Shown one piece after another: positions 26,817 through 35,661 of a DNA stretch of 64,000 bases (position 1 is its first letter; each line of letters opens with the position of its first letter). The translations under genes and the position numbers were made by a program. The notes below the pieces were generated by a model. That model was not told the origin of the DNA, did no database searches, and saw only the letters and a program-made list of their open reading frames with translations. The stretch is from Candidatus Amunia macphersoniae (GTDB taxonomy: Bacteria > Chloroflexota > Dormibacteria > Aeolococcales > Aeolococcaceae). The stretch lies in NCBI GenBank assembly GCA_016464795.1, contig JAEKNN010000005.1:65483-129482 (forward strand), in the 5' to 3' direction.

Positions 26817-27608
26817 TTACTGTCGGCGATAGGTATCGGTGGTTGGCGGTATGACGGTGGGCGGCCTGGACGCGCCGGGCGCCAGCTGAGGCGGTGTGGT
26901 GCTCGACGACTGTGGCGAGCTCTTGAGCTGCTGGGTGGCCTGCTGACCCTTGTCATACGCACCGGAGAGCATCTTTGCGGCGACCTCACGGCCACCGAGC
27001 CCGAAGGCCAGGCCGGCTGCCAGCGCCACAGCCACCAGAACGGCGATCAGCAGCTCGTTGACCAGCGTCTCGGCGACGTGCACTTGCTGTAGGGCGGCCA
27101 CGAAGACGAGCACGAGGACGGTGGCCTGGGTGATCTTGCCCAGCGCGTCGGCGTTGCTGAAGCCGGCGCCCTGGGCAATGCCCCGCACCGCCTCCGCGGC
27201 CAGCTTGGCCAGGAACGCCCCAATGAGGATGATGACCAGAGCGGCGATGATCGACGGGATGAAGGCGACGATCTTGTCCAGGGTGGTGGTGATTGCCGAG
27301 ATACCCAGCGCGGGAATGGCCACCTCAAGGACGATCAGGCGGATCCACCATTTGACGACGAAGCCCATCACCGACCCGGCCGAAGCGTCCTTGACTCCGG
27401 CCTTCTGCAGAAAGCCGTCGATTCCCGCGCGCTGGGTGAGGCGATCTGCGCCCGCCTTGTCGAGGAGCTTCTGGACCACACGCCCGACGATGCCGGCGAT
27501 GATCCAGCCGATGACCAGGAGGACGAGCGCCCCGAGGATCTGGGGGATCGCCCGGAAGAAGGTGTCGAAACCCCCGGTCACGGAGTCATTGAACGTCAAA
27601 CCAACCAT
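26817..27608 (-). CDS. Membrane protein with two 'conserved TM helix' (PF05552-like, MscS-associated) repeats
   Basis: Two copies of the FxxF..IP.I.GALVLLVIGWIIAG.VGRVVQKLL pattern (FDTFFRAIPQILGALVLLVIGWIIAGIVGRVV and IVAFIPSIIAALVIILIGAFLAKLAAEAVRGI). Pro/Ser-rich tail. Confidence 0.55.
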   Translation of the reverse strand: MVGLTFNDSVTGGFDTFFRAIPQILGALVLLVIGWIIAGIVGRVVQKLLDKAGADRLTQRAGIDGFLQKAGVKDASAGSVMGFVVKWWIRLIVLEVAIPALGISAITTTLDKIVAFIPSIIAALVIILIGAFLAKLAAEAVRGIAQGAGFSNADALGKITQATVLVLVFVAALQQVHVAETLVNELLIAVLVAVALAAGLAFGLGGREVAAKMLSGAYDKGQQATQQLKSSPQSSSTTPPQLAPGASRPPTVIPPTTDTYRRQ

Positions 27609-27755
27609 ACCCGTCGCTCCCCTTAAATATTATGGTCCACTTATCAGGTTTGCTTCACGAAGCAGTACCAGCTTTAAGGACCGTCCTGTATCAGCTATAG
27701 ATATGGACGTGGTGAAGCCGTTCGGATTACGCTCAGACCTCAGCTTGCCGGGACT

Positions 27756-29468
27756 TCAGCTCGCCGGCATGACGAAGGCGATGGCGCGGCCAGCCGGGTC
27801 GACGACCAGCGGAGTGGCGCCCGGCGGCGGGGTGAAGGCGGTGTGCAAGTAATTCTGCGCTTCGTCGCCGTTGCTGAGGCCCAGGGCGCCGGCGGCCGCG
27901 GTGACGGTGACGCCCACCTCGTACTCGCTCAGCGCTGCGGCGCTCATGGCGGTGGGGAGGAAGCCGAAAAACCCATGGCTGGTGGTCGGCGCTGAGCCCT
28001 GGGCCGCGGTCGCCCCAGCCTCGGCGAAGGCGACGATGCCGCCGCCGGCCCGAGCGAAGCTGGCCAGCTCCGCCTGGCGTGCGTCGAGGACGTCGAGCTC
28101 TGCTTGCCGCAGCCAACCGCCGAAGTCGGAGGCCACGATGACGGCGTCGTAGTCGGCGAAGCGAACGGTGTGGAGGTCCAGGACACCAGTCGCGCCGGAC
28201 CCGTCGTCGGCGACATCGACGGTGAACCCGGAGTCGTGGAGGCCGAGGCGGGGATCGCCGTGCAGCGACCCACCGGGATCCCGCAGGTCGGTGACCAAGA
28301 GCAGCCTGGGAGCGGTCTTCCCGGAGGTGACGTAGCCCACTGCCACCTGAATGAGGTGCTGGGCGCCGGCGGCGTTGGGGCCGTAGTGGGCGTGAACATC
28401 GGGATCGTCACCGGTGACGAAGATGCGTCCTCCGGGCGGTGGTGTTGCCGGGGTGGAGACTGGGATGGCCGAGGTCGAGTGAGTCGGGCTGGGGCCGGCC
28501 GGGGCGGCCGGTAGGAAGATGACAGCAGCTGCGGCGGCAACTCCCGCCAGGGTCACCCCGGCCGAGGCAAGGTGCGCGGCATGCCACGAATCGCGTGCCC
28601 CCTCGGCGACCGCGTTCGCGGCACCGGTTGCCGCCCCCGGGACAGCCCCGCCCGCGTGACCGATGGCCGCTTGGAGGGCATGGAGCCCGCCGGCGGCCAT
28701 TCCCGTCGGTGGCGCCAGCAGGGGGAGGGTGCCGAAGAGTCGCGCCGGCTCGGTCAGCCGGTCGGCCGCGGCGGCGCATGCCGGGCAGCGGCGCATGTGG
28801 TGCTCGACGGCGGCATGTTCACGGCGAGACAGCACGTGCAGCCCAGTCGGCACCAGTCGTTGCAGTCCGGCGCACTCCCGGGCGCCAGTGGTCACCAACA
28901 GAGTCCGGACGGCGATGCGGAGCGCCCGCTTGGCGCGATGGACGAGGACGGCGGCGTGCCCCGCCGAGACGCCGAGAACTGTCGCCACCTCGGGGCTCGA
29001 GAGATCCTCACCGACGGAGAGGTGGAGCACCTCCCGCTGACGCGGCTCGAGGCTGGACGCGGCCTTCCACACCAGCGCGGCTGCCTCGGAGACGACCATC
29101 GTGGCCTCGGTGTTGGCGGTCGATGCCAGCTCAGCCCAATCCGCCTCCTGCCATTGCATGCTCCGGCGCAGGTTCTGCTGCGACCGGCGTAGATGATCGA
29201 GGGCGAGGTTGCGCGCGGTCGCCAGCAACCAGGCGCGAAACTTGTCCGGGTCGCGAAGCCGGTCGCGGCGTTCCCAGGCACGGAGGAAGGCTGCCTGGAC
29301 CAGGTCGTCGGCGTCGGCCTGGCCGGCCACCCGCGCCACCACGCGATACACCGACGGACAGTGACGGCTGTAGAGCCGGCCCAGCGCATCGGCATCACCG
29401 TTGCGGAAACGCTCGGCCAGCACCGCCTCGTCGTCTGCCGAGACGTGCGGCGGTGTTTCAATGGTCAT
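27756..29468 (-). CDS. ECF sigma-70 factor fused to a ZAS-type anti-sigma zinc motif, a transmembrane helix and a C-terminal extracytoplasmic (ThuA/GATase1-like) domain (ECF52-like architecture)
   Basis: Sigma region 2 (DDLVQAAFLRAWERRDRL...FRAWLLATARNLALDHLRR). Region 4 (EVLHLSVGEDLSSPEVATVLGVSAGHAAVLVHRAKRAL). HHMRRCPAC matches the HxxxCxxC ZAS motif. TM helix VTLAGVAAAAAVIFLPAAP. C-terminal domain of about 260 aa. Confidence 0.8.
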   Translation of the reverse strand: MTIETPPHVSADDEAVLAERFRNGDADALGRLYSRHCPSVYRVVARVAGQADADDLVQAAFLRAWERRDRLRDPDKFRAWLLATARNLALDHLRRSQQNLRRSMQWQEADWAELASTANTEATMVVSEAAALVWKAASSLEPRQREVLHLSVGEDLSSPEVATVLGVSAGHAAVLVHRAKRALRIAVRTLLVTTGARECAGLQRLVPTGLHVLSRREHAAVEHHMRRCPACAAAADRLTEPARLFGTLPLLAPPTGMAAGGLHALQAAIGHAGGAVPGAATGAANAVAEGARDSWHAAHLASAGVTLAGVAAAAAVIFLPAAPAGPSPTHSTSAIPVSTPATPPPGGRIFVTGDDPDVHAHYGPNAAGAQHLIQVAVGYVTSGKTAPRLLLVTDLRDPGGSLHGDPRLGLHDSGFTVDVADDGSGATGVLDLHTVRFADYDAVIVASDFGGWLRQAELDVLDARQAELASFARAGGGIVAFAEAGATAAQGSAPTTSHGFFGFLPTAMSAAALSEYEVGVTVTAAAGALGLSNGDEAQNYLHTAFTPPPGATPLVVDPAGRAIAFVMPAS

Positions 29469-29563
29469 GCTTCCCCCACCTGCTCGTACTGGCTCCTCTC
29501 ACGACAACGTCCAGCACACCGTACCAAGCGTGGCCCGCGACGGCGGGTGTTGGAGTCGTGGGT

Positions 29564-29591
29564 GGTTGCCGGCAACGCCGCGCCGGTTGCC
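29564..29591. promoter_or_regulatory. Palindromic GGTTGCC/GGCAACC repeat cluster in the promoter region of the ECF sigma-fusion gene
   Basis: GGTTGCCGGCAAC is a perfect palindrome at 29564-29576, and GGTTGCC occurs again at 29585-29591. The gene start codon is at 29468, so the cluster sits about 100 nt upstream. Confidence 0.35.
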
Positions 29592-29601
29592 TGCGCCTTG
29601 G

Positions 29602-31323
29602 TCAGGTCCTCACGAGACGATCAGGTGAGGCGCCGCGACCACGGCGGCGATGGCGGATGACCACCGCGGCAGTCAACAGGCCGGCCACCGCAAGAGGCAG
29701 CAGCACCACCCGCGGCGCCTCAGGCAGAGCCGGGCCGATGGTGACCAGCCCACCGTTCGCGCACCAGCGGTTGTCAGGCACGCCGCTGCACGGGTTGGGC
29801 ATGGTGGTCTGGCTGGGAATTGGCAGAAGTAGAGCTACCTTCTCCTGCTTTGGGTACTCGGCTGCAGGTGTGGTCGGGCATGAAGTGACCACTCCCGAGG
29901 CGCAGGCCAGCTGCGCCGCCAGCACGGCGTCGGGGCTGCTGCCTGGCTGGCTGCTCGGGCACGGACCGCCGTCCAGGGTCTGGATCGCCGGCGGCTCCGA
30001 CGCGAGCCCGGCGGTGTCGGTGTTGCCGGCGAAGCAGTCCTTCGGGATGTCCTTCACGGAGACGAGGGCCAGATCGCCATTGGTCGGGTTCTTGAAGTAG
30101 CCGTTGTTGCTGAGGGTATTGTTGGTGATCACGTTCCCCTGAGCCGGGAAGAGGCACACGTACGTTGAGCCCGACCCGCTGCCGGTACCGCCCTGACAAT
30201 TCGAGAGGCCGCTCGCAGGGGGGGTCTCGGTGTCGGGAAAGTCATGCACCACGATGCCCCAGCTGCCCTGGTTGTAGACGGTGTTGCCATCGACGGTGTC
30301 AAAGGACGCACCGGCGAGCTCGATGCCAGAGCCGATGGGCGCGGCTCCGGCGATCCCGGAGCCGGGCACGTTGGGATTGTTGTTGTCGTGGACCTGGTTG
30401 CCGGTGATTCGTGTGCAGGACGCCGTCGTGGACCCTGGGCACAGCCCGTTCTGCGGGGGCGGGGCATCGTCGTTGTTCAACGAGTTGGGGACGATGCCGG
30501 CCTTGTTGTGATCCCACTCCGAGTTCTCGATGATCAGGTGACCGCCCGCGTTGGTGCCCGAGTACCCGAGCGCGCTGTTCTGCGCGTGCACGTGGTCGAG
30601 GGTGGCGTGGCAATCCGGGCAGGCGCCGACGTAGAACGCCGAGTCGCCCATGTTTGAGGCGTATGCATAGGAGATGGTTCCGGGACCGCTGGAATTGCTG
30701 ACAAAGATCCCGTACATGCCCATGTGGTCCGCGTTGTAGTACGTCGAGGTGCCGGTGATGTACGAGCCGTTGTACTTCCCGAGGCCGACCTTGCCGCTGC
30801 CGTCGCCCCCGTTCCACCAGATCTGGTTGCCCTGCGCGTCATGACCGTTGAGGAAGTTGCAGGCGGTGAGGTTCTCGATGGAGGTGCCGTCCACCTTCTT
30901 GACCACGATGCCGTTGCGCCCGCCGGTGTCCTGATCCCCAGGCTTGTCCGAACAGGGGCCGTTGGCGTTGGCGTTGGTGCCGTCGATGACGACCCCGTTG
31001 CGGTCCATGCCGCGCAGGTGGAGGCCGGGCGTGGTGATGGAAACGCCGACCCCGGTGCCACCACCCTTTTCGTGGTAGACGCCGGGTGCAACCAGCACCC
31101 AGTCACCGGGGCCGGCAGCGTCGACGGCGGCCTGGATCGACCTGTAGGGGCTGCCTGAGCAGTCGAGCTGGGGACCGGTGAGACCGGGTCCGTCATTTGG
31201 GCTCGACGGGCACACCAGCAGGACGTTCGGGCCGGTGGCGTGGGCGACAGGCGCGCCGCCGGCGACCCCGAACAGCAGGATCGCTCCGATCGCCGGGAGC
31301 ACAAGCCGACTGCGTCTGGACAT
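29602..31323 (-). CDS. Secreted right-handed parallel beta-helix (pectate-lyase/NosD-like) repeat protein with a C-terminal membrane anchor
   Basis: Signal peptide MSRRSRLVLPAIGAILLFGVAGGAPVAHA. PbH1-type repeats (ITGNQVHDNNN, VDGNTVYNQGSWGIVVHDF, IIENSEWDHNKAGIV). C-terminal LLPLAVAGLLTAAVVIRHRRRGRG anchor. Confidence 0.7.
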   Translation of the reverse strand: MSRRSRLVLPAIGAILLFGVAGGAPVAHATGPNVLLVCPSSPNDGPGLTGPQLDCSGSPYRSIQAAVDAAGPGDWVLVAPGVYHEKGGGTGVGVSITTPGLHLRGMDRNGVVIDGTNANANGPCSDKPGDQDTGGRNGIVVKKVDGTSIENLTACNFLNGHDAQGNQIWWNGGDGSGKVGLGKYNGSYITGTSTYYNADHMGMYGIFVSNSSGPGTISYAYASNMGDSAFYVGACPDCHATLDHVHAQNSALGYSGTNAGGHLIIENSEWDHNKAGIVPNSLNNDDAPPPQNGLCPGSTTASCTRITGNQVHDNNNPNVPGSGIAGAAPIGSGIELAGASFDTVDGNTVYNQGSWGIVVHDFPDTETPPASGLSNCQGGTGSGSGSTYVCLFPAQGNVITNNTLSNNGYFKNPTNGDLALVSVKDIPKDCFAGNTDTAGLASEPPAIQTLDGGPCPSSQPGSSPDAVLAAQLACASGVVTSCPTTPAAEYPKQEKVALLLPIPSQTTMPNPCSGVPDNRWCANGGLVTIGPALPEAPRVVLLPLAVAGLLTAAVVIRHRRRGRGASPDRLVRT

Positions 31324-31449
31324 CTCTTCCCTCCTCCCTCGCTTTCGCGTGAGGGTACAACCTCGCCCCCGCCGTCCACCAGGCACCCCGCCATCGGGTG
31401 ATTGTGGTGGCCGCCATGGCTCGGGTCCCCACGGCTCGGGCCGTCATCG

Positions 31450-32631
31450 TCAAGGCAAGCCGGCCGTACCGATCACCTCTGCGATGGTGCCCAGAGACTC
31501 GCGCCACACCTGGTCGTCGATGATCAGCGGGGGCAGCAGGCGGATCACCGTTCGTCCGCCCCGCAGCACCAGGATGCCCCGCCGCTGCAGCTCGGCGATC
31601 AGCGGTGTCGCGGGCACGCGAAGGTCGATGCCGATCATCAGGCCGCGACCTCGCACCTCGCGGACGAGCGGCGCGGGGAGCGCGCCCAGGCTGTTCACGG
31701 CTTCTGAGCCCAGCTCGGCCACCCGCCGATGCAGCAGCGGGTCGGCGAGGATCCGCAGCGTCACCGAGCCGGCGGCGCACACCAGCGGGCTGCCGGCGAA
31801 GGTGCTGCCGTGCCCGCCTGTGGGCATCCTCGCACCGACTGCTTCAGTGCACCCCGTCACCGCCATGGGAAGTCCGTTGGCGATGCCCTTGCCCAGGCAG
31901 ACGATGTCGGGGATGACCCCGTCGTGGCTGCATGCCAGGATGGCGCCGGTGCGCAGCCCGGTCTGCACCTCGTCGGCGACCAGCAGCGCGCCCGCGGCCG
32001 TGCACCGCTGCCGCAGCCCAGCCATGTACCCCGAGCTGGGCACGCGAACGCCCGCCTCTCCCTGCAGGGGTTCGACGACGACCGCCGCCACGCTCTCGTC
32101 GAGCACTCCGTCGAGGGCGTCGAGGTCGTCGTAGGCGACGTGGTTGACGCCCGGGAGCAGCGGGCCGAACGGGTCGCGGTAGGCCGCACTCGCCGTCAGG
32201 CTGAGTGCACCGAGAGTCCTGCCGTGGTAGCCGCGGTGCATGGCGACGATGCGCTCGCGGCCGGTGGCGACCCGGGCCAGCTTGATCGCCACCTCCAACG
32301 ACTCGCTGCCGGAGTTGAGGAAGCACACCTGGGTCAGCGCCGCCGGCAGCAGCGACCCGAGCGCCTCCAGAAACTCACCGCGCACCGGGCTGTCGAACGA
32401 CTGGTGCGCGTTGGTGAGGGTCGCCGCCTGGGCGGTGATCGCCGCCGTCACCGCCGGATGCGCGTGGCCCAGCACGTTGACCCCATAGTTGCTGACAAGG
32501 TCGACATATTCACGGCCATCCCTGTCGACCAGCGTGCAACCGTGACCGCTGACCAGGCTGATGCCGCGGCCGGTGAGCAGCGCCATGGCACGCAGCCGTG
32601 GTTCGGTCGCGGCCCCAGCGGTGGCCGTCAT
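31450..32631 (-). CDS. lysJ: Class-III aminotransferase, [LysW]-aminoadipate semialdehyde / acetylornithine aminotransferase
   Basis: PLP-fold motifs (LVADEVQTGLRTG, CLGKGIANGLP) and VNHVAYDDLDAL. Last gene of the lysW operon. The start overlaps the lysZ stop. Confidence 0.85.
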   Translation of the reverse strand: MTATAGAATEPRLRAMALLTGRGISLVSGHGCTLVDRDGREYVDLVSNYGVNVLGHAHPAVTAAITAQAATLTNAHQSFDSPVRGEFLEALGSLLPAALTQVCFLNSGSESLEVAIKLARVATGRERIVAMHRGYHGRTLGALSLTASAAYRDPFGPLLPGVNHVAYDDLDALDGVLDESVAAVVVEPLQGEAGVRVPSSGYMAGLRQRCTAAGALLVADEVQTGLRTGAILACSHDGVIPDIVCLGKGIANGLPMAVTGCTEAVGARMPTGGHGSTFAGSPLVCAAGSVTLRILADPLLHRRVAELGSEAVNSLGALPAPLVREVRGRGLMIGIDLRVPATPLIAELQRRGILVLRGGRTVIRLLPPLIIDDQVWRESLGTIAEVIGTAGLP

Positions 32632-33512
32632 CACACCGAGACCGCCGTCCCCGCGGCCGCCGCGGCCTGCGGCGCTGCGCCCGACGTCGCCTCCGCCTCC
32701 ATTGCCGGCGCGGTGAACCACGTGCCCTCGCCGTCCAGTGCGCGGCACAGCGGCCGAGCTCCGCGCCCGTCGCAGAGGGCTACCGCATCGATCCCCGCGC
32801 GCAGCGCGCGCTCGACCGCCGCCAGCTTGACCCGGACGCGGCCGCGCGCCGAGCCAGCCAACCCGCCGAGATCCTCAAGAGACGCGCGCGGCAGTGTGCT
32901 CCCGGCGTCGTCGGGGTCGGCGAGGAAACCGGCGGTGTCCGAGAAGATGATCAGCCGCTCTGCACCGATGGCGATCGCCAGCTCGGCGGCAAGCCGGTCG
33001 CCATCGACGTTGATCGGGCTGCCGTCGTCGCCGAGCGCCGGCGGGCACAGCACCGGGGTGTGGCCGGCCTCGAGCAGCGAGGTCAGCACGGTCGTGTCGA
33101 CGCTCTCGATGCTGCCGGCGTGGTCGCCGTGCAGCATCAGCGTGCGGCCGTCCTCGCGGATGCGCAGGTCCGTCCTGCGGCGACCGCGAACCATCCCCGC
33201 GTCCATGGCAGCGAGCCCGATCGCCCGCACGTCCCTGGCCAACAACTGCTGCACCAGGCGCTTGTTGACCAGCCCGCAGTACGCCATCAGGAAGTGGTCC
33301 ATCGCTGCCGCGTCCGTGTAGCGGCTGCTCTCTCCCCGCGCGGAGGTGACCAACCGTGGCGGGTGGCCGAGCCGCCGGGCGAGCTCATCGAGCACGCGGT
33401 GAGCCCCGTGGACGATGACCAGCGGCCCCTGGTGGGCGGCGATGTCATCGAGGAGGGTGGTGGGGTCCTCGAGGCTGCCGCCGATCTTGACCACCAAGGG
33501 AGGACCGCTCAT
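32631..33512 (-). CDS. lysZ: Amino-acid kinase family, [LysW]-aminoadipate kinase / acetylglutamate kinase-like
   Basis: LVVKIGGS nucleotide-binding N-terminus, VIVHGAH, a C-terminal domain typical of ArgB/LysZ. ATGA overlap with lysY. Confidence 0.8.
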   Translation of the reverse strand: MSGPPLVVKIGGSLEDPTTLLDDIAAHQGPLVIVHGAHRVLDELARRLGHPPRLVTSARGESSRYTDAAAMDHFLMAYCGLVNKRLVQQLLARDVRAIGLAAMDAGMVRGRRRTDLRIREDGRTLMLHGDHAGSIESVDTTVLTSLLEAGHTPVLCPPALGDDGSPINVDGDRLAAELAIAIGAERLIIFSDTAGFLADPDDAGSTLPRASLEDLGGLAGSARGRVRVKLAAVERALRAGIDAVALCDGRGARPLCRALDGEGTWFTAPAMEAEATSGAAPQAAAAAGTAVSV

Positions 33513-34543
33513 ATTGGGTAGAGCCCGGTGAAGTCGAGGCCACAGCACTCGTCGATGCCCGCGTGCACGTTGAGCGCGTGCACCGCCTGGCCGGCGCTGC
33601 CCTTGCCCAGGTTGTCGATGGCGGCAAGCACGACGGCGCGCGGCGCCCAGGGGTCGCGCTCGAAGCCCACGTCGCAGATGTTGGTGCCCGACAGCAGCTT
33701 CGGCTCCGGATGACGGTGGAGTCCCTGCGCCTCATGGACGACGCGGACGAAGGGCTCGGAGGCAAATGCCTCGCGGAGGAGGGCGCGCAGCCGGCGATCG
33801 TCGACTGCGTCGTCGGCCAGCGGCACGTGGGCGGTGACCAGCACGCCGCGGACAGCTTCGACAGCGGTCACCGACAGTGCCACGTTGTGCAGGCCCGTCT
33901 CCTGGACGATCTCGGCTGTGTGCCGGTGCCCGGTCGGTGCGAATGAGCGCATGGTCCCGCTGCGGTGGGGATGATGCGAGGACCCGCCCGGCTGTGCGCC
34001 GGCCGCCGACGATCCCACCTTGGCGTCGACGACCAACTGCTGGGTGGTGTCGACGACCCCAGCCCGCGCCAGGGGCAGGAGGGCCAGGATCGCCGCCGTG
34101 GCGACGCAACCGCCGGTGGCGAGGAGGCCGGCGCTGCGCACGCGATCGCGGTCGACCTCGGGCAGCGCGTACACCGCCTGAGCGAGCAGCTCCGGGCGCG
34201 AGTGCTTGCGGCCATACCAGCGCGGGTAGTCAGCGGGGTTGCGGAGCCGGAAGTCTGCGGAGAGGTCGATGACCAGCGGCGCGTGCTCCGCGAGCGAGTC
34301 GATGAACGCTTCGGATTCACCGTGGGGCAGGGCGCTGAAGAGCACGTCGCACTCCGGCAGGTCCGAGCGCTGGGTGAAACGAAGCGATGTCCGGCCACGG
34401 AGCACCGGATGGGTGTGGTGGACGAACCGTCCGGCCAGGCGCTCGCTGCTGGCGCCGACGACCTCGACGTGCGGGTGCTGGATGAGCAACCGCAACAGCT
34501 CGCCGCCGGTGTACCCGGCGGCGCCGGCCACGGCGACATTCAT
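33509..34543 (-). CDS. lysY: [LysW]-aminoadipyl-phosphate reductase / N-acetyl-gamma-glutamyl-phosphate reductase-like
   Basis: MNVAVAGAAGYTGGELLRLL Rossmann N-terminus. Catalytic Cys block LLATGGCVATAAILALLPL. C-terminal GKGSAGQAVHALN. Confidence 0.88.
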   Translation of the reverse strand: MNVAVAGAAGYTGGELLRLLIQHPHVEVVGASSERLAGRFVHHTHPVLRGRTSLRFTQRSDLPECDVLFSALPHGESEAFIDSLAEHAPLVIDLSADFRLRNPADYPRWYGRKHSRPELLAQAVYALPEVDRDRVRSAGLLATGGCVATAAILALLPLARAGVVDTTQQLVVDAKVGSSAAGAQPGGSSHHPHRSGTMRSFAPTGHRHTAEIVQETGLHNVALSVTAVEAVRGVLVTAHVPLADDAVDDRRLRALLREAFASEPFVRVVHEAQGLHRHPEPKLLSGTNICDVGFERDPWAPRAVVLAAIDNLGKGSAGQAVHALNVHAGIDECCGLDFTGLYPI

Positions 34544-34548
34544 CCTGC

Positions 34549-35661
34549 TCAACTGCCAGCTCCGCGCTGCGCTGGGGCACCGGGCCCGAACTCCCGGCTC
34601 GCCCCTGATGACAATGACCTCAGGGCCGTCTCGAGAACGTCGGCTCCGCGGCGCAGCTCGTCGATGTCGATGGACTCGTGCGGCGTGTGGTCGAGGCTGC
34701 AGTCGCCGGGGCCGTACACGGCCGCGTCACACCCCCACCGGGGGAGTACGACGTTGAGGTCCGAGGTCCCGGTCTTGCTGGTGTACCGCGGTCTTCCGCC
34801 GCTGGCGGCGACGCCTCTGGCCAGCGCACGCGCCACCGCGTTGCCGCGAGAGACGGCCACAGCGTCGCAGGCCGACTCGACCTGCACGCGCGCCTCCTTC
34901 ATCAGCGCCGCGACGCGCGCTGCGATGTCCTCGACGGCGACGCCCATGGGCATGCGCAGCTCGATCCCCGCCACCGCATGCTCGACGGTGCCGTTGTCGT
35001 TTGACCTCAGGGTGTTGACCCGAACCTGCACGCGGTCGACGGCGCGCTCGCCACCGGTCGGCAGCGAGCGCTGCAGCTCGGCAAGCCCCGCCACCAGACG
35101 GTCGGCGGCACCGGCGTGGGGCCCCGCGTGGTGCGCGGACTGGCGAGTGACAGTGGCCGTCAACCGCACGCAGCCGCGGTAGCCGGTGGTGACCGTGTCC
35201 CAGCCACTGGGCTCGAGGACGATGAGGTGTGACGGCGGCTTGCGGTCGCGCAGATACCGCGCGCCCAACGACGGACCCTCTTCGTCACAGGCGGCGATGA
35301 CTGTGATCCGCCGTCCGATGGGGCGTGGCAAGCGCGACACCGCCGCCAGAGCCGCTGCCAGCGGCCCCTTGGCGTCGACAGCCCCGCGTCCGTGCAGCCT
35401 GCCGTCCTGCTCGCGCACCTCGATGTGTCCGGGCACCGTGTCGAGGTGGCCGAGCAGCACGATCTCGTCCTCAATGGGCCCGTCGCCCCAGATCATCACC
35501 AGGTTGCCGGCCCCGTCGCGCTGCGCGTGATATCCGGCCTCCCGTGCACGGTGCAGCAACCGCGTCGCGGCCGCGTCCGTGTCTCCCGTCACCGAGGGGA
35601 TGCGCAGCAGCTCGTCGAGCAGGGTCAACGGGTCGAGCGCGAGGGTGACCGCCGCCGTCAT
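34549..35661 (-). CDS. lysK: M20-family metallohydrolase, [LysW]-lysine hydrolase (ArgE/LysK-like)
   Basis: LLGHLDTVP metal-binding His/Asp block, ACDEEG, and a dimerisation domain. The start, inferred at MTAAVTLALD, overlaps the lysX stop (ATGA). The longer tool ORF is an upstream extension that overlaps lysX. Confidence 0.78.
   Translation of the reverse strand: MTAAVTLALDPLTLLDELLRIPSVTGDTDAAATRLLHRAREAGYHAQRDGAGNLVMIWGDGPIEDEIVLLGHLDTVPGHIEVREQDGRLHGRGAVDAKGPLAAALAAVSRLPRPIGRRITVIAACDEEGPSLGARYLRDRKPPSHLIVLEPSGWDTVTTGYRGCVRLTATVTRQSAHHAGPHAGAADRLVAGLAELQRSLPTGGERAVDRVQVRVNTLRSNDNGTVEHAVAGIELRMPMGVAVEDIAARVAALMKEARVQVESACDAVAVSRGNAVARALARGVAASGGRPRYTSKTGTSDLNVVLPRWGCDAAVYGPGDCSLDHTPHESIDIDELRRGADVLETALRSLSSGASREFGPGAPAQRGAGS

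Noticed and set aside
26930-26945. Apparent 2-nt discrepancy between my reading of the displayed sequence (…tgggtggcct/ctgctgaccc…) and the ORF-track translations of 26033-26995 and 26817-27608
   Set aside because: Most likely my own indexing or reading error at a line break. It changes coordinates by 2 nt at most and does not affect any call.
29602-29700. LPEAP near the C-terminus of the beta-helix protein, considered as a sortase LPXTG-type signal
   Set aside because: The sequence is LPEAPR, not LPXTG or LAXTG. It is more consistent with a simple or alternative C-terminal anchor (see the tripartite-tail finding).
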